NCBI GenBank assembly: GCA_025350325.1
Contig: JANXYB010000114.1
Location: 8,438-72,437 of the forward strand
Source of the DNA: Acidobacteriaceae bacterium
GTDB taxonomy: Bacteria > Acidobacteriota > Terriglobia > Terriglobales > Acidobacteriaceae
Direction: 5' to 3'
DNA length: 64,000 bases
This document shows, in pieces, positions 19,601 to 27,595 of the stretch. Within the stretch, counting starts at the first letter, position 1. Every line of letters starts with the position of its first letter. Position numbers and translations under genes: made by a program. The notes beneath the pieces are model-generated. The model had not been told where the DNA came from. It worked only from the letters and a program-made list of their open reading frames with translations, and searched no databases.

Positions 19601-20091
19601 GTGCGAGCCCCGGTGACCTCGATTACGATTACGACCGAGTAAGTTTGACGGGGCCTTTTCAACATCAACGTGGCAACTACACGCGTATGGGCGATGTAAC
19701 TGAGCTGGTTAAGGGCATCGACGATCGCTATGCAATCTTTGGTAGCGGCGAAGAGATTGCGACGGAATTCGATGCCGTTCGACTCCCCGCGTTGCCGCCG
19801 CATTGGAAGCGCGATTACTTTTTTTACGCCAATGGATTTGTGAAGGACATGGATTGGTGGGATGCATCGCCATTCACGGTGTCGCAATTGCCGTTTCACA
19901 TGATGAGTGCATACCCTTATCCGGCCAGCGAACAGTTCCCTGAAGACGAAGACGCGATCAATTATCAGCTGAAGTGGAACGATCGCTTCGATACGGGCGA
20001 TCCGGTGCGTTCTTATCGGTTTGACTACCAACAGCTACCCGCCACGCCTGCGAATGACGCAACACCAGCATCGACCACGGCGCACCCATGA
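16633..20091 (+). CDS. Secreted TPR + FG-GAP (CRTAC1-like) + ASPIC/UnbV multidomain protein
   Basis: About five N-terminal TPRs, many DxDxDG Ca-binding loops (DYDADNLND, DYDHDGDLD, DFNNDRAVD, DFNKDGWMD, DIDNDGWID, DVDGDGAAD), UnbV motif (GYQTQAPPQLLVGLG...IRILWPTG) and a C-terminal domain beginning SSCPVLFAWDG. Start uncertain. Confidence 0.9.
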   Translation: MLGAGLGKTFIEIGKYVALMLLAAGSLVEAQSRFDVEAVRLNNRGVAQMGQQFTEKAAQSFADALKKDPKLAQAAVNDGIALMTLQKLDEAKQALNEAIALDAKSAQAWYNLGLAQHANNELDAALASFQHAVKLDPRDADSLYFEGVCYREMKQFDKAIEALKQALAINPLHASSEFALARVLQASGNKEDAKTHFKLFQHMTSTKISAAIGLAYGEQGHYSTVTPVEEPQTREQGMIPVKLVARSMIVDKRGSSETGGACMIDATGSGQMDLVLMESGAQAIRVLHRRGDGTFEDLDAEASGLKAAGHAVACAVGDYDADNLNDLAVALDDKVLLFRNLGKGKFQDVTGESGLAPRNNPAGITFVDYDHDGDLDLLLTGAPGKEGETPNVLWRNNGNKTFTEWTEPTGLGGSGKTAAAILTDFNNDRAVDIAVTSDGETPLLFVNPREGKYPTQALFEKEKLPPTLGIAVLDFNKDGWMDIAVTHAGAPGLTLWRNVTGPENIGRRFERVALPLNGVSRGWGVTPIDIDNDGWIDLAAIVDTSAGPRVKVLRNRGDGSFEDVSHALGLDSVVLHAPRGLIAADVDGDGAADLIVTQLNAPPVLLKNVGANKNHFVRLDLSGYADNKTALGAKVEVFANGQWQKWELAGASGYQTQAPPQLLVGLGKAEGIDLLRILWPTGVLQDEIDLPHTPTIAMKEADRRGSSCPVLFAWDGHKYRLVTDIIGAAVVGHWFTPTRRNTPNPGEWIKVDGEKLAAVDGKMSLRFIEPMEEVNYIDQLRLVAVDHPDSAEVNPDERFLDDPPFASGRVVASAGARLPRGAWDGDGNDVLDQLSRSDHKFASGFTPTPYDGIANVHALTLDLGDVREGAPLRLLMTGYVNYFSATSLYGAWQAGIKPISPYVEAQTADGKWQRIPGEAGFPAGLERTIVVDLSGRLPAHTRRIRLVSNLEIYWDQVLIDNSAEAEARTTELPLSVAREHFRGYPKQIDGASPGDLDYDYDRVSLTGPFQHQRGNYTRMGDVTELVKGIDDRYAIFGSGEEIATEFDAVRLPALPPHWKRDYFFYANGFVKDMDWWDASPFTVSQLPFHMMSAYPYPASEQFPEDEDAINYQLKWNDRFDTGDPVRSYRFDYQQLPATPANDATPASTTAHP

Positions 20092-21503
20092 CAGCGGTTG
20101 TGTTCGAGTCGGCGGTGCGGCAATTGGAAATGCTGCGCGCAGGTCAAATTTCAATCATCGAGTTGGCAGAAGAGCATATTCGGCAGATTGAGCGACTTGA
20201 TCCGGCGCTGAACGCATTCGCGGATTTCGATGCGGAACGCGTTCGCGCAGAAGCCCGGCGGCTGAGCGCTATGCACGATGGGCGCGGCCCGCTGCATGGC
20301 TTGCCGGTAACGGTGAAGTCATCGATTGCGGCGGCGGGATTCCGTTGCGAAATTGGCAGCCTGCTTCATAAAGGCGAGGTGCCGCGCGAAGACGCGGTAG
20401 TGGTGGCAAGACTGCGTGCGGCCGGGGCATTGATCCTGGGCACGACAAATTGTCCCGAATTCCTGATGGCCTATGAGACCGCGAACCTGTTGCATGGCCG
20501 GACGAACAATCCATGGGACGTGAGTCGGACGCCCGGCGGATCGAGCGGCGGAGAGGCGGCAGCGATTGCAGCGGGCATGTCGGCTGCGGGACTGGGAAGC
20601 GACAGTGGCGGATCGGTCCGCGTGCCCGCACACTTCACCGGCATCTGTGCGCTGAAGCCGACGCCCGGCAGGGTCCCCGGTCGAGGCCATTTGCCGCCAT
20701 GCGTAGGGCCCTTCGCTATCCTCGGCGCAGTTGGACCGATGGCGCGGACAATTGTCGATGTCACATTGATGTTTCGCACGCTTGGTGGCCACGATCTTGC
20801 GGATCCGGCAAGTGCGCCGGTGCAGTTTCGCGAACGTGATTTGAATGAACTGCGCTGCAATCGAGTCGGATTTTTTGAAGATGACGAGCTAGTCCCGGTG
20901 ACTGCTGAAACGCGGGCTGCTGTCAACGCTGCTGCTGCGGCACTGCGCGATGCCGGCTTCAGAGTGGAACGGTTCAGGCCGAGCACACTTGAGCGGTTGC
21001 GCAAGCTTTGGTGGAAGTTTTTTGTGCAATGCGGGGCAATGTTTTATGAGCCGGCAATTCGCGGCAAGCTGGATAAATTGAGTCCAATTTTCAATGAGTT
21101 TCTAGGTATAGCAGCGAGCGTGCCGCCATTGACCGCAACGCAGCTATTGGACGCGTGGGCCGAGTTGGACGTGCTGCGCGCCAAGACTCTCGAAGAGATG
21201 CGCGAGTATCCAGTGCTGCTTTGTCCTGTGGCCAGCGTCCCGGCGTTCCGTCATGGGGAGCGCTCGTGGAACGTCGATGGCCAAGTGGTTGACTACCTCG
21301 ATGCAGTACGCCACACCCAATGGTTCAACGGGCTCGCCGCGCCTGCTGTTGTGGTGCCTGTAAGTCGATCGCGGGATGGACTGCCGATTGGAGTGCAGAT
21401 CGTTGCACGGCCATTTGAAGATGAGACTGCGCTGGGGGTAGCGACCATTGTCGATGCGGCATTTGGGTACCGTGTACCACCGATCGCAGGTAATTCTTGT
21501 TAG
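20088..21503 (+). CDS. Amidase-signature family enzyme (Ser-cisSer-Lys triad)
   Basis: GPLHGLPVTVK, TPGGSSGGEAAA, LGSDSGGSVRVPAHFTG, GLPIGVQIV. ATGA overlap with the upstream gene. Confidence 0.93.
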   Translation: MTAVVFESAVRQLEMLRAGQISIIELAEEHIRQIERLDPALNAFADFDAERVRAEARRLSAMHDGRGPLHGLPVTVKSSIAAAGFRCEIGSLLHKGEVPREDAVVVARLRAAGALILGTTNCPEFLMAYETANLLHGRTNNPWDVSRTPGGSSGGEAAAIAAGMSAAGLGSDSGGSVRVPAHFTGICALKPTPGRVPGRGHLPPCVGPFAILGAVGPMARTIVDVTLMFRTLGGHDLADPASAPVQFRERDLNELRCNRVGFFEDDELVPVTAETRAAVNAAAAALRDAGFRVERFRPSTLERLRKLWWKFFVQCGAMFYEPAIRGKLDKLSPIFNEFLGIAASVPPLTATQLLDAWAELDVLRAKTLEEMREYPVLLCPVASVPAFRHGERSWNVDGQVVDYLDAVRHTQWFNGLAAPAVVVPVSRSRDGLPIGVQIVARPFEDETALGVATIVDAAFGYRVPPIAGNSC

Positions 21504-21677
21504 TGCTGATTGAAGCGCAGAATGCTAGCAGTTCGCGTTGTTGATCGACTTTATTCGCAGTCAAGATTCTGTCAAGCTCAACCATCACATACAAATATTT
21601 ATTACGCCGCTAAAAACGAAGTGGCAGGTGCGGCAGGAGGCTCATTGCTCACCTCAACCTTTGGATGGAGGCGTGCG

Positions 21678-22607
21678 ATGAGCGATCGCGGTATTCTGAC
21701 GCTTCCCCGGAATGGAGCGCAGAAGTTGCGCGATAGCTGGCATGATCGTTTTGCCGAAACGCCTGATGTTCTAAAGAGTCCCGAACTCGAACACACTGTG
21801 GTGCGGGTTTTGGATCTTGAGATTGGTGGCGAGGACTTCATCACCATGGCCGGGCCGTGTTCGGTCGAGACTGAAGCCGAACTCATAGCCACAGCAATTC
21901 ATGTACGCCGGGGCGGTGCGCGCATCCTGCGCGGCGGCGCGTTTAAACCGCGCAGTTCGCCCTATGCATTCCAAGGTCATGGTGTCAAAGGTTTGAAGAT
22001 GCTTGACCGCGCGCGCACGGAAAGCGGCCTGGCCATTGTCACCGAGGTCATGTCGGAAGACGATGTGCCGCTGGTAGCGGAATACGCCGATATTTTGCAG
22101 ATTGGCTCGCGCAGCATGGAGAATTACACGCTGCTTGCGGCGGCGGCACGCTCTGGCCGACCTATCTTGCTCAAGCGCGGCATGATGGCTACGGTGGCAG
22201 ATCTGCTGCGTTCGGCGCAGGTGGTCATAGATGCGGGAAATCCCAACGTCATTCTCTGCGAACGAGGCATTCGGACCTTCGACACATCGCTGCGCAATAC
22301 ATTTGATACGGGCGCCATCGCGCTGCTCAAGTACATTTCGCATCTCCCAATCATCGCCGACCCAAGTCACGCCGCCGGACATAGTGAGTTAGTGCCCGCA
22401 CTGGCCCGCGTCGGCATCGCGGCAGGAGCGGACGGGCTGATCGTTGAGGTGCATCCGAACCCTGCAAAGGCGTGGAGCGACGGCGAGCAGTCGCTCACGT
22501 TTGCTGAATTCGACGAGATGATGGCCTCTATTCAGCCATATATTTCACTGCGTGCAATGTCCCTAAGCCAGTCAGCTGACGCTCGGCCGATGGAGGCCGT
22601 TAGATGA
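21678..22607 (+). CDS. aroF: 3-deoxy-7-phosphoheptulonate (DAHP) synthase, type I-beta
   Basis: MAGPCSVE, RGGAFKPRSSPY, LQIGSRSMEN, LLKRG, LCERGIRTF, ADPSH, IVEVH, SDG. Start set at ATG 21678 behind a GGAGG RBS (309 aa). Confidence 0.93.
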   Translation: MSDRGILTLPRNGAQKLRDSWHDRFAETPDVLKSPELEHTVVRVLDLEIGGEDFITMAGPCSVETEAELIATAIHVRRGGARILRGGAFKPRSSPYAFQGHGVKGLKMLDRARTESGLAIVTEVMSEDDVPLVAEYADILQIGSRSMENYTLLAAAARSGRPILLKRGMMATVADLLRSAQVVIDAGNPNVILCERGIRTFDTSLRNTFDTGAIALLKYISHLPIIADPSHAAGHSELVPALARVGIAAGADGLIVEVHPNPAKAWSDGEQSLTFAEFDEMMASIQPYISLRAMSLSQSADARPMEAVR

Positions 22608-24010
22608 GGGTCTGTGCCAGTGTTCTGCGTGCCGTTGCCTGGGTTGCATTCCTTTTGCCGGTCTGCGGGTTCGCTCCTAATCCATCACAAAAGATTGGTA
22701 CGGATGTCATTGTGACGGCGGCGCTGGCATACGAACCTTTGGCTGCGATTCGGGGCGAGGAACGTTTTCCTAAAGGTGCGCAGCTTCTGTTGCTTCATGA
22801 CGGAAAAACGGAGCCGCTGCTCACGGACTTCGCAGCAACTGCGGACGCCAATGTTTCGTTCGATGCGCATAGGGTGTTGTTCTCTGGCAAGAAGAGGGTG
22901 ACCGATGCGTGGCAAATATGGGAACTCACGCTGCGAGATCATGATGTACGCCAGTTGACCGAAGGGCAGCAGGATGCAATTCGCCCCCTGTACCTGCCGG
23001 ATGGAAATATGGTGTATGCGCTGCGGACGCCGCAGGGATTCCAGTTGGAATCGGCAAAAATTGCCCTTACAGAAAATAGTGACGGTCAAAAGCCTGCGGG
23101 TACTCTTGCGGTTCTGCCGTTGACTTACTCGCAGGCTAGCGCGGTGCCGGCAGACGTTCTGGCGGATGGGCGCATTTTATTCGAGGCGGGTTTCCCGCTT
23201 GGGTCGGGTGCGGTACCGGAGATGTTTCTGGTTTACTCCGATGGATCGGGCGTTGAGTCTTATCGTTGCGATCACGGCACGGGAATGGTAGGCGGGCGGT
23301 GGGGCGGGAAACAATTGGCGTCGGGCGACGTGGTGTTCACGCACGGTGATTCGCTGGCGCGGTTTACCTCTCCGCTCGCACACGAGGAACGAATCGCTGC
23401 GCCTCACGCAGAGTATGCGGGAGCCATTATTGAAACAGCTTCAGGTGCGTGGCTTGTGAGTGCGCGGTCTACAAACAGCAGTCCTTATGCATTGAAGCTT
23501 TTTAAGCCGGGTGCAGTGGCGAGCCGAACGGTCTACGCGAGGGGTGAGAATGTAGTCGAACCGGTTCTGGTTGCGCCGCGCAATCGACCGCGTCGACATC
23601 CTTCAGCGCTGCACGAATGGGATTACGCCAACATGCTTGCACTCGATGCGCGGATCTCGCGCGATGGGCCACTGTCTGGTGTACCAGTCTCCGTTCGCCT
23701 TGAGATGCAGGATGCCGCAGGACGCGCGGTTGCGATGGGCACTGCGCCGGTCGAGAAAGACGGATCCTTCTTTGTTAAAGCACCTGCCGACAAGCCAATT
23801 CGCTTTGCGCTGCTCGATGGCAAAGGTGCAGTGCTGCGGCAGGAGCACGGATGGTTCTGGATTCGCCGCGGTGAGCAACGCATTTGCGTGGGTTGCCATG
23901 CGGGGCCTGAACGCGCCTCGGAAAATCGTGTGCCCGCCGTATTGCTTCGCACGACAACGGCTGTCGATCTAACTTCCGCCGTGCAGCATTCGCTATCGGG
24001 AGGCAACTGA
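22604..24010 (+). CDS. Secreted hydrazine synthase alpha-subunit-like protein (propeller + HZS_alpha middle domain, 1 CxxCH)
   Basis: Signal peptide; propeller start (LLTDFAATADANVSFDAHRVLFSG...WQIWEL...VRQLT); C-terminal GTAPVEKDGSF..APADKPIRFALLDGKG...WFWIRRGEQRICVGCH, with CVGCH at 23885-23899. ATGA overlap with aroF. The HZS similarity is recognised from memory. Confidence 0.82.
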   Translation: MRVCASVLRAVAWVAFLLPVCGFAPNPSQKIGTDVIVTAALAYEPLAAIRGEERFPKGAQLLLLHDGKTEPLLTDFAATADANVSFDAHRVLFSGKKRVTDAWQIWELTLRDHDVRQLTEGQQDAIRPLYLPDGNMVYALRTPQGFQLESAKIALTENSDGQKPAGTLAVLPLTYSQASAVPADVLADGRILFEAGFPLGSGAVPEMFLVYSDGSGVESYRCDHGTGMVGGRWGGKQLASGDVVFTHGDSLARFTSPLAHEERIAAPHAEYAGAIIETASGAWLVSARSTNSSPYALKLFKPGAVASRTVYARGENVVEPVLVAPRNRPRRHPSALHEWDYANMLALDARISRDGPLSGVPVSVRLEMQDAAGRAVAMGTAPVEKDGSFFVKAPADKPIRFALLDGKGAVLRQEHGWFWIRRGEQRICVGCHAGPERASENRVPAVLLRTTTAVDLTSAVQHSLSGGN

Positions 24011-24011
24011 A

Positions 24012-25694
24012 ATGGTGTATCGCACTCTTCTCTTACTTTTGAGTATTGCTCCCGTCATCGCGGCTCAGACCGTGACCACGGCACCACCGATCGCGCCGCA
24101 CACGCTGCCCTCGAGCGCAGCTAAATCCACCGACGCTGTAATTCGCTTTGAAGATGCAAGCGACAAGGCGGGCATCAACTTTACGCACAGCATTGGCTCG
24201 CGCCAGCTTGGTTCACTGCTTGAGGGCACGGGCGCAGGCTGCGTCTGGATCGATTACAACAATTCAGGCCTGCCCTCGTTATATGTTGTGAATGGGCGGC
24301 CGCTCGACGACTCGGTGCATCCCTTTCCGCTGAAAGATAAACCCGCAACACCGCCGCATAATCATCTTTATCGCAATGATGGCAACGGTCATTTCACTGA
24401 TGTGACGGACGCGGCCGGTCTCAATCCCGACATGTATTCGGTGGCGGTTACGGCGGCAGATTATGACAACGATGGATTTGTCGATCTGCTCGTGACGGGC
24501 TACGGCAAAACGATTCTCTACCACAATGATGGCAATGGGCACTTCACAGATGTAACTGCCAAGGCCGGTATAAGCGTCGATGGTTGGGCGATCAGTTCGA
24601 CCTGGCTGGACTACGACAAAGATGGTTGCGTTGATCTTTTTGTTGGTCGCTACGTGAAATTCGATCCCAAGTACCGCGCGTTTTATGCGGCGGATAACTA
24701 TCCGGGACCGCTCGATTACGAGGGTGAAACCAATCGTCTCTATCACAACAATTGCAACGGCACATTCACCGACGTTACCGATAAATCAGGCATCGGCGCA
24801 TTTGTGGGGCGGACAATGGGCGTGACGGCGGCGGATTTTGACGGCGATGGATGGGACGACATCTACGTGGCCAACGATCGCACCGAAAATTTTCTATTCC
24901 GCAACAAGCACGACGGAACATTTGAAGAAGTTGGCAACGACACGGGTACTGCTTTTGGACAGAATGGCGAGTCCACCTCGTCGATGGGGCCGATATTCGC
25001 GGATTTTGAAGGACGAGGCGTGCTCGACCTCTGGGTGACCGATGGGCACTATAACCGGATGTTGCACAACGCCGGCAAGCAGGGTTTCGAAGACATGGGC
25101 GCGTCGAACGGCGTGTCCCAAACCAACGCGCAGTATGTAAGTTGGGGCACCGGCGTCTACGACTTCGACAATGACGGGCTCCTCGACATTCTTATTTTTC
25201 ACGGTGGCCTAATCCACATGATCCCGCAGGAACATACGCTGTTTCACGGGCTGGGGGATAGGCGATTCGCGGACACGTCTCGCACCGCAGGGCCGGTGCT
25301 GAGTGCGCGCACCGTCGCGCGGGGCGCATGTTTTGCCGACTATGACAATGACGGCAAGGTCGACGCGTTCCTCGTAAACCTGGGCGCTAAGGGAACGCTG
25401 GTGCATAACGTTTCTACGGGCTCGGGGCATTGGGTAGCGATCAAGCTTGTGGGCAGTAAAAGCAACCGGGATGGGATTGGTGCGCGCGTGGAAGTGTTTG
25501 CGGGCAGCAAGCACTGGACGGCTGAGCGAGTTGCATCTTCGGGATATCTTTCGCAGGATGACAGCCGGTTGCATTTTGGATTAGGCGCGGCAAGTGCCAT
25601 CGACAAAATCATTGTGCGTTGGCCGAGCGGTCGCGAGCAGACGCTGGAAACGCAGGGCCTGGACCGAGTTCTCACGATAGAGGAGCCGAAGTGA
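24012..25694 (+). CDS. Secreted CRTAC1-family (FG-GAP repeats + ASPIC/UnbV) protein
   Basis: Signal peptide, DYDNDGFVD, DYDKDGCVD, DFDGDGWDD, DFDNDGLLD and DYDNDGKVD loops, NRDGIGARV, GYLSQDDSRLHFGLG, VRWPSG. Starts 1 nt after the upstream stop. Confidence 0.93.
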   Translation: MVYRTLLLLLSIAPVIAAQTVTTAPPIAPHTLPSSAAKSTDAVIRFEDASDKAGINFTHSIGSRQLGSLLEGTGAGCVWIDYNNSGLPSLYVVNGRPLDDSVHPFPLKDKPATPPHNHLYRNDGNGHFTDVTDAAGLNPDMYSVAVTAADYDNDGFVDLLVTGYGKTILYHNDGNGHFTDVTAKAGISVDGWAISSTWLDYDKDGCVDLFVGRYVKFDPKYRAFYAADNYPGPLDYEGETNRLYHNNCNGTFTDVTDKSGIGAFVGRTMGVTAADFDGDGWDDIYVANDRTENFLFRNKHDGTFEEVGNDTGTAFGQNGESTSSMGPIFADFEGRGVLDLWVTDGHYNRMLHNAGKQGFEDMGASNGVSQTNAQYVSWGTGVYDFDNDGLLDILIFHGGLIHMIPQEHTLFHGLGDRRFADTSRTAGPVLSARTVARGACFADYDNDGKVDAFLVNLGAKGTLVHNVSTGSGHWVAIKLVGSKSNRDGIGARVEVFAGSKHWTAERVASSGYLSQDDSRLHFGLGAASAIDKIIVRWPSGREQTLETQGLDRVLTIEEPK

Positions 25695-27595
25695 ATTGGC
25701 CCATTCACAGGTGGCTGCAGCCCGCAGTCGTCGCGGTCCTGGCGGCGGTGGCTGCGGTCCTGTTGGGCGTCAGCGTGGGGCACGGCGATGCTGCCCATGC
25801 GGCAGCGATGCCTGTTACGGGAGAGGTTCTCAACTACGCGTCGCCAGTAGAGCTGCTGTTTTCGCCTGACGGTGCGCGGCTTTACGTGCTCTGCCAACAG
25901 AGCGACGAAGTCAGAGTGCTCGATGCAAAAAGCGATGCGGCGATCAAAAGCATTACCGTGGGCCGCGTCCCGCGCGGATTCTCGTTGTCGGCAAGCGGCG
26001 ATCGCCTGTTTGTGGCGAATTCGTGGGACGATACTGTTTCAATCATCGATACGAAATCACTCGCGATAACGGCGACATGGCCGGTAGGGTCTGAGCCTTC
26101 GAGCATCGTTGCGGATCGCGAAGGCAAGCGTTTGTTTGTTGCCAATCGGATATCGAACGATGTGGCTGTGCTCGATGCAAACACCGGCGTTGAGGAGAAG
26201 CGGCTGGCGGCAGGGCGCGGGGCAAGTTATATAACTCCGTCGCCTGATGGGAGCCGGCTTTATGTCACGCATGTTTATCCCAACCCGACCCCCCATCGTA
26301 CCGCGCCTGAATCGGAAATCACGGTGATCGATACAGCGCGGGCGGTTGTCGTAGACAGAATTATTCTGCATAACATCGCGCATGCCTTTCACGTGGCTTT
26401 CTCTGCCGACGGGCGGTTGGGCGTTGCCGCCGAAATGCATCCAAAAAATCTGATTCCGCTCGCACACCTTGAGCACGGCGGAGCTTTTGCAGACACGTTG
26501 ATGCTGTTTGGTGCGGATGTTGGCAAGCCGGTGGAGATACCTCTCGATGAGTTGGAACGCTATGCTGTGCGGCCGTTCGGTGTGGCAATCATGGCTGATA
26601 AATCGCGCATCTTCGTTACTTGCGAAGGCTCGGAACTCGTGACTGTGCTCGATGTGCAAAGGCTTCTGCGTTTTGCGCATACACATCGCGGTCCGAATGC
26701 ACAAGATCTTTCAGCGAGCGCTGATTATGTGATCGCGCACATCGCCGTCGGTCATGATCCGCGTGGTATGGCAATGAAGCACGATGGGCATAGCTTGCTG
26801 GTTGCGAATCGGCTGGACGACACGATCAGCGTTATCGATACGCGAACCAATCGTCTCGCATCTACGATTGCGCTGGCAGGGCCGAAGAAATTGTCGGTGC
26901 TGCGCCACGGTGAGCAAACGTTCTATACAGCGCGGCATTCCTTTCAAGGTCAGATTGGCTGCGCCAACTGTCATATCGATTCAACGTTTGACGGACTGAC
27001 GTGGGATTTGGAGCCAGACGGGTTTGGTCGCGACATTGTCGACAATCGGCCAATTGAAGACGTCAAGGATACCGAGCCTTTCAAGTGGAACGGCGGCAAT
27101 CCAAACCTTCCGACCGAATGCGGACCGCGGACTGAGAAATATTTTTGGCGCGCGGAGAATTACGACGACCTTACGCTTACCGACCTCGTTGTTTACATCC
27201 GCAGCTTGCAGGCGCGACCGAATCGCTGGCGTCGTCCGATAAGTGAATCGACGCCGGCGCAGGAGCGCGGCAAAGATCTGTTCACGCGAGACAAAGACAA
27301 GTTTGGAAACGCAATTCTGGAAACCAATCGCTGCGTGTTTTGCCATAGCGGAAAAAAAGGCACCAACCAGAAGTCCTTTGACGTGGGAACGAAGAAGTGG
27401 ACCGACAACACGGGCCCGCTTGATACGCCGCAACTGACCAACATCGGAATCACCGGGCCTTATCTTCATGACGGCTCAGCGGCCACACTCGAGCAGATAT
27501 GGACAGTATTCAACCCCGAAGACAAGCATGGGCGCACCAACGATTTAACCAAGGACGAATTGAACGACCTGATCGAATATCTGAGGACGCGATGA
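25691..27595 (+). CDS. Secreted YVTN beta-propeller fused to a di-haem cytochrome c (CcP/MauG/HZS-gamma fold); HZS beta-gamma-like
   Basis: GTG start overlapping the upstream stop, signal peptide, YVTN repeats (LFVANSWDDTVSIID, LFVANRISNDVAVLD, LLVANRLDDTISVID), CANCH at 26960-26974, CVFCH at 27332-27346, DTPQL..GPYLHDGSAATL, KHG. Confidence 0.88.
   Translation: MNWPIHRWLQPAVVAVLAAVAAVLLGVSVGHGDAAHAAAMPVTGEVLNYASPVELLFSPDGARLYVLCQQSDEVRVLDAKSDAAIKSITVGRVPRGFSLSASGDRLFVANSWDDTVSIIDTKSLAITATWPVGSEPSSIVADREGKRLFVANRISNDVAVLDANTGVEEKRLAAGRGASYITPSPDGSRLYVTHVYPNPTPHRTAPESEITVIDTARAVVVDRIILHNIAHAFHVAFSADGRLGVAAEMHPKNLIPLAHLEHGGAFADTLMLFGADVGKPVEIPLDELERYAVRPFGVAIMADKSRIFVTCEGSELVTVLDVQRLLRFAHTHRGPNAQDLSASADYVIAHIAVGHDPRGMAMKHDGHSLLVANRLDDTISVIDTRTNRLASTIALAGPKKLSVLRHGEQTFYTARHSFQGQIGCANCHIDSTFDGLTWDLEPDGFGRDIVDNRPIEDVKDTEPFKWNGGNPNLPTECGPRTEKYFWRAENYDDLTLTDLVVYIRSLQARPNRWRRPISESTPAQERGKDLFTRDKDKFGNAILETNRCVFCHSGKKGTNQKSFDVGTKKWTDNTGPLDTPQLTNIGITGPYLHDGSAATLEQIWTVFNPEDKHGRTNDLTKDELNDLIEYLRTR

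Noticed and set aside
21510-21677. Aromatic attenuator peptide or N-terminal extension of aroF
   Set aside because: The upstream ORF is in frame with no stop, there is no terminator/antiterminator pair and the GGAGG RBS favours ATG 21678.
21678-22607. NeuB or KDO8P synthase partnering the nearby neuC
   Set aside because: The KPRS motif is DAH7PS-type (KDO8PS has KANRS) and there is no NeuB C-terminal antifreeze-like domain.
22604-27595. Bona fide anammox hydrazine synthase
   Set aside because: The alpha-like chain is short, has one haem and lacks the His+4 Tyr; the gamma-like domain lacks the CGRD Asp; there are no hdh/hao-type multihaem genes; the context is an ordinary heterotroph chromosome. 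I report it only as HZS-like.
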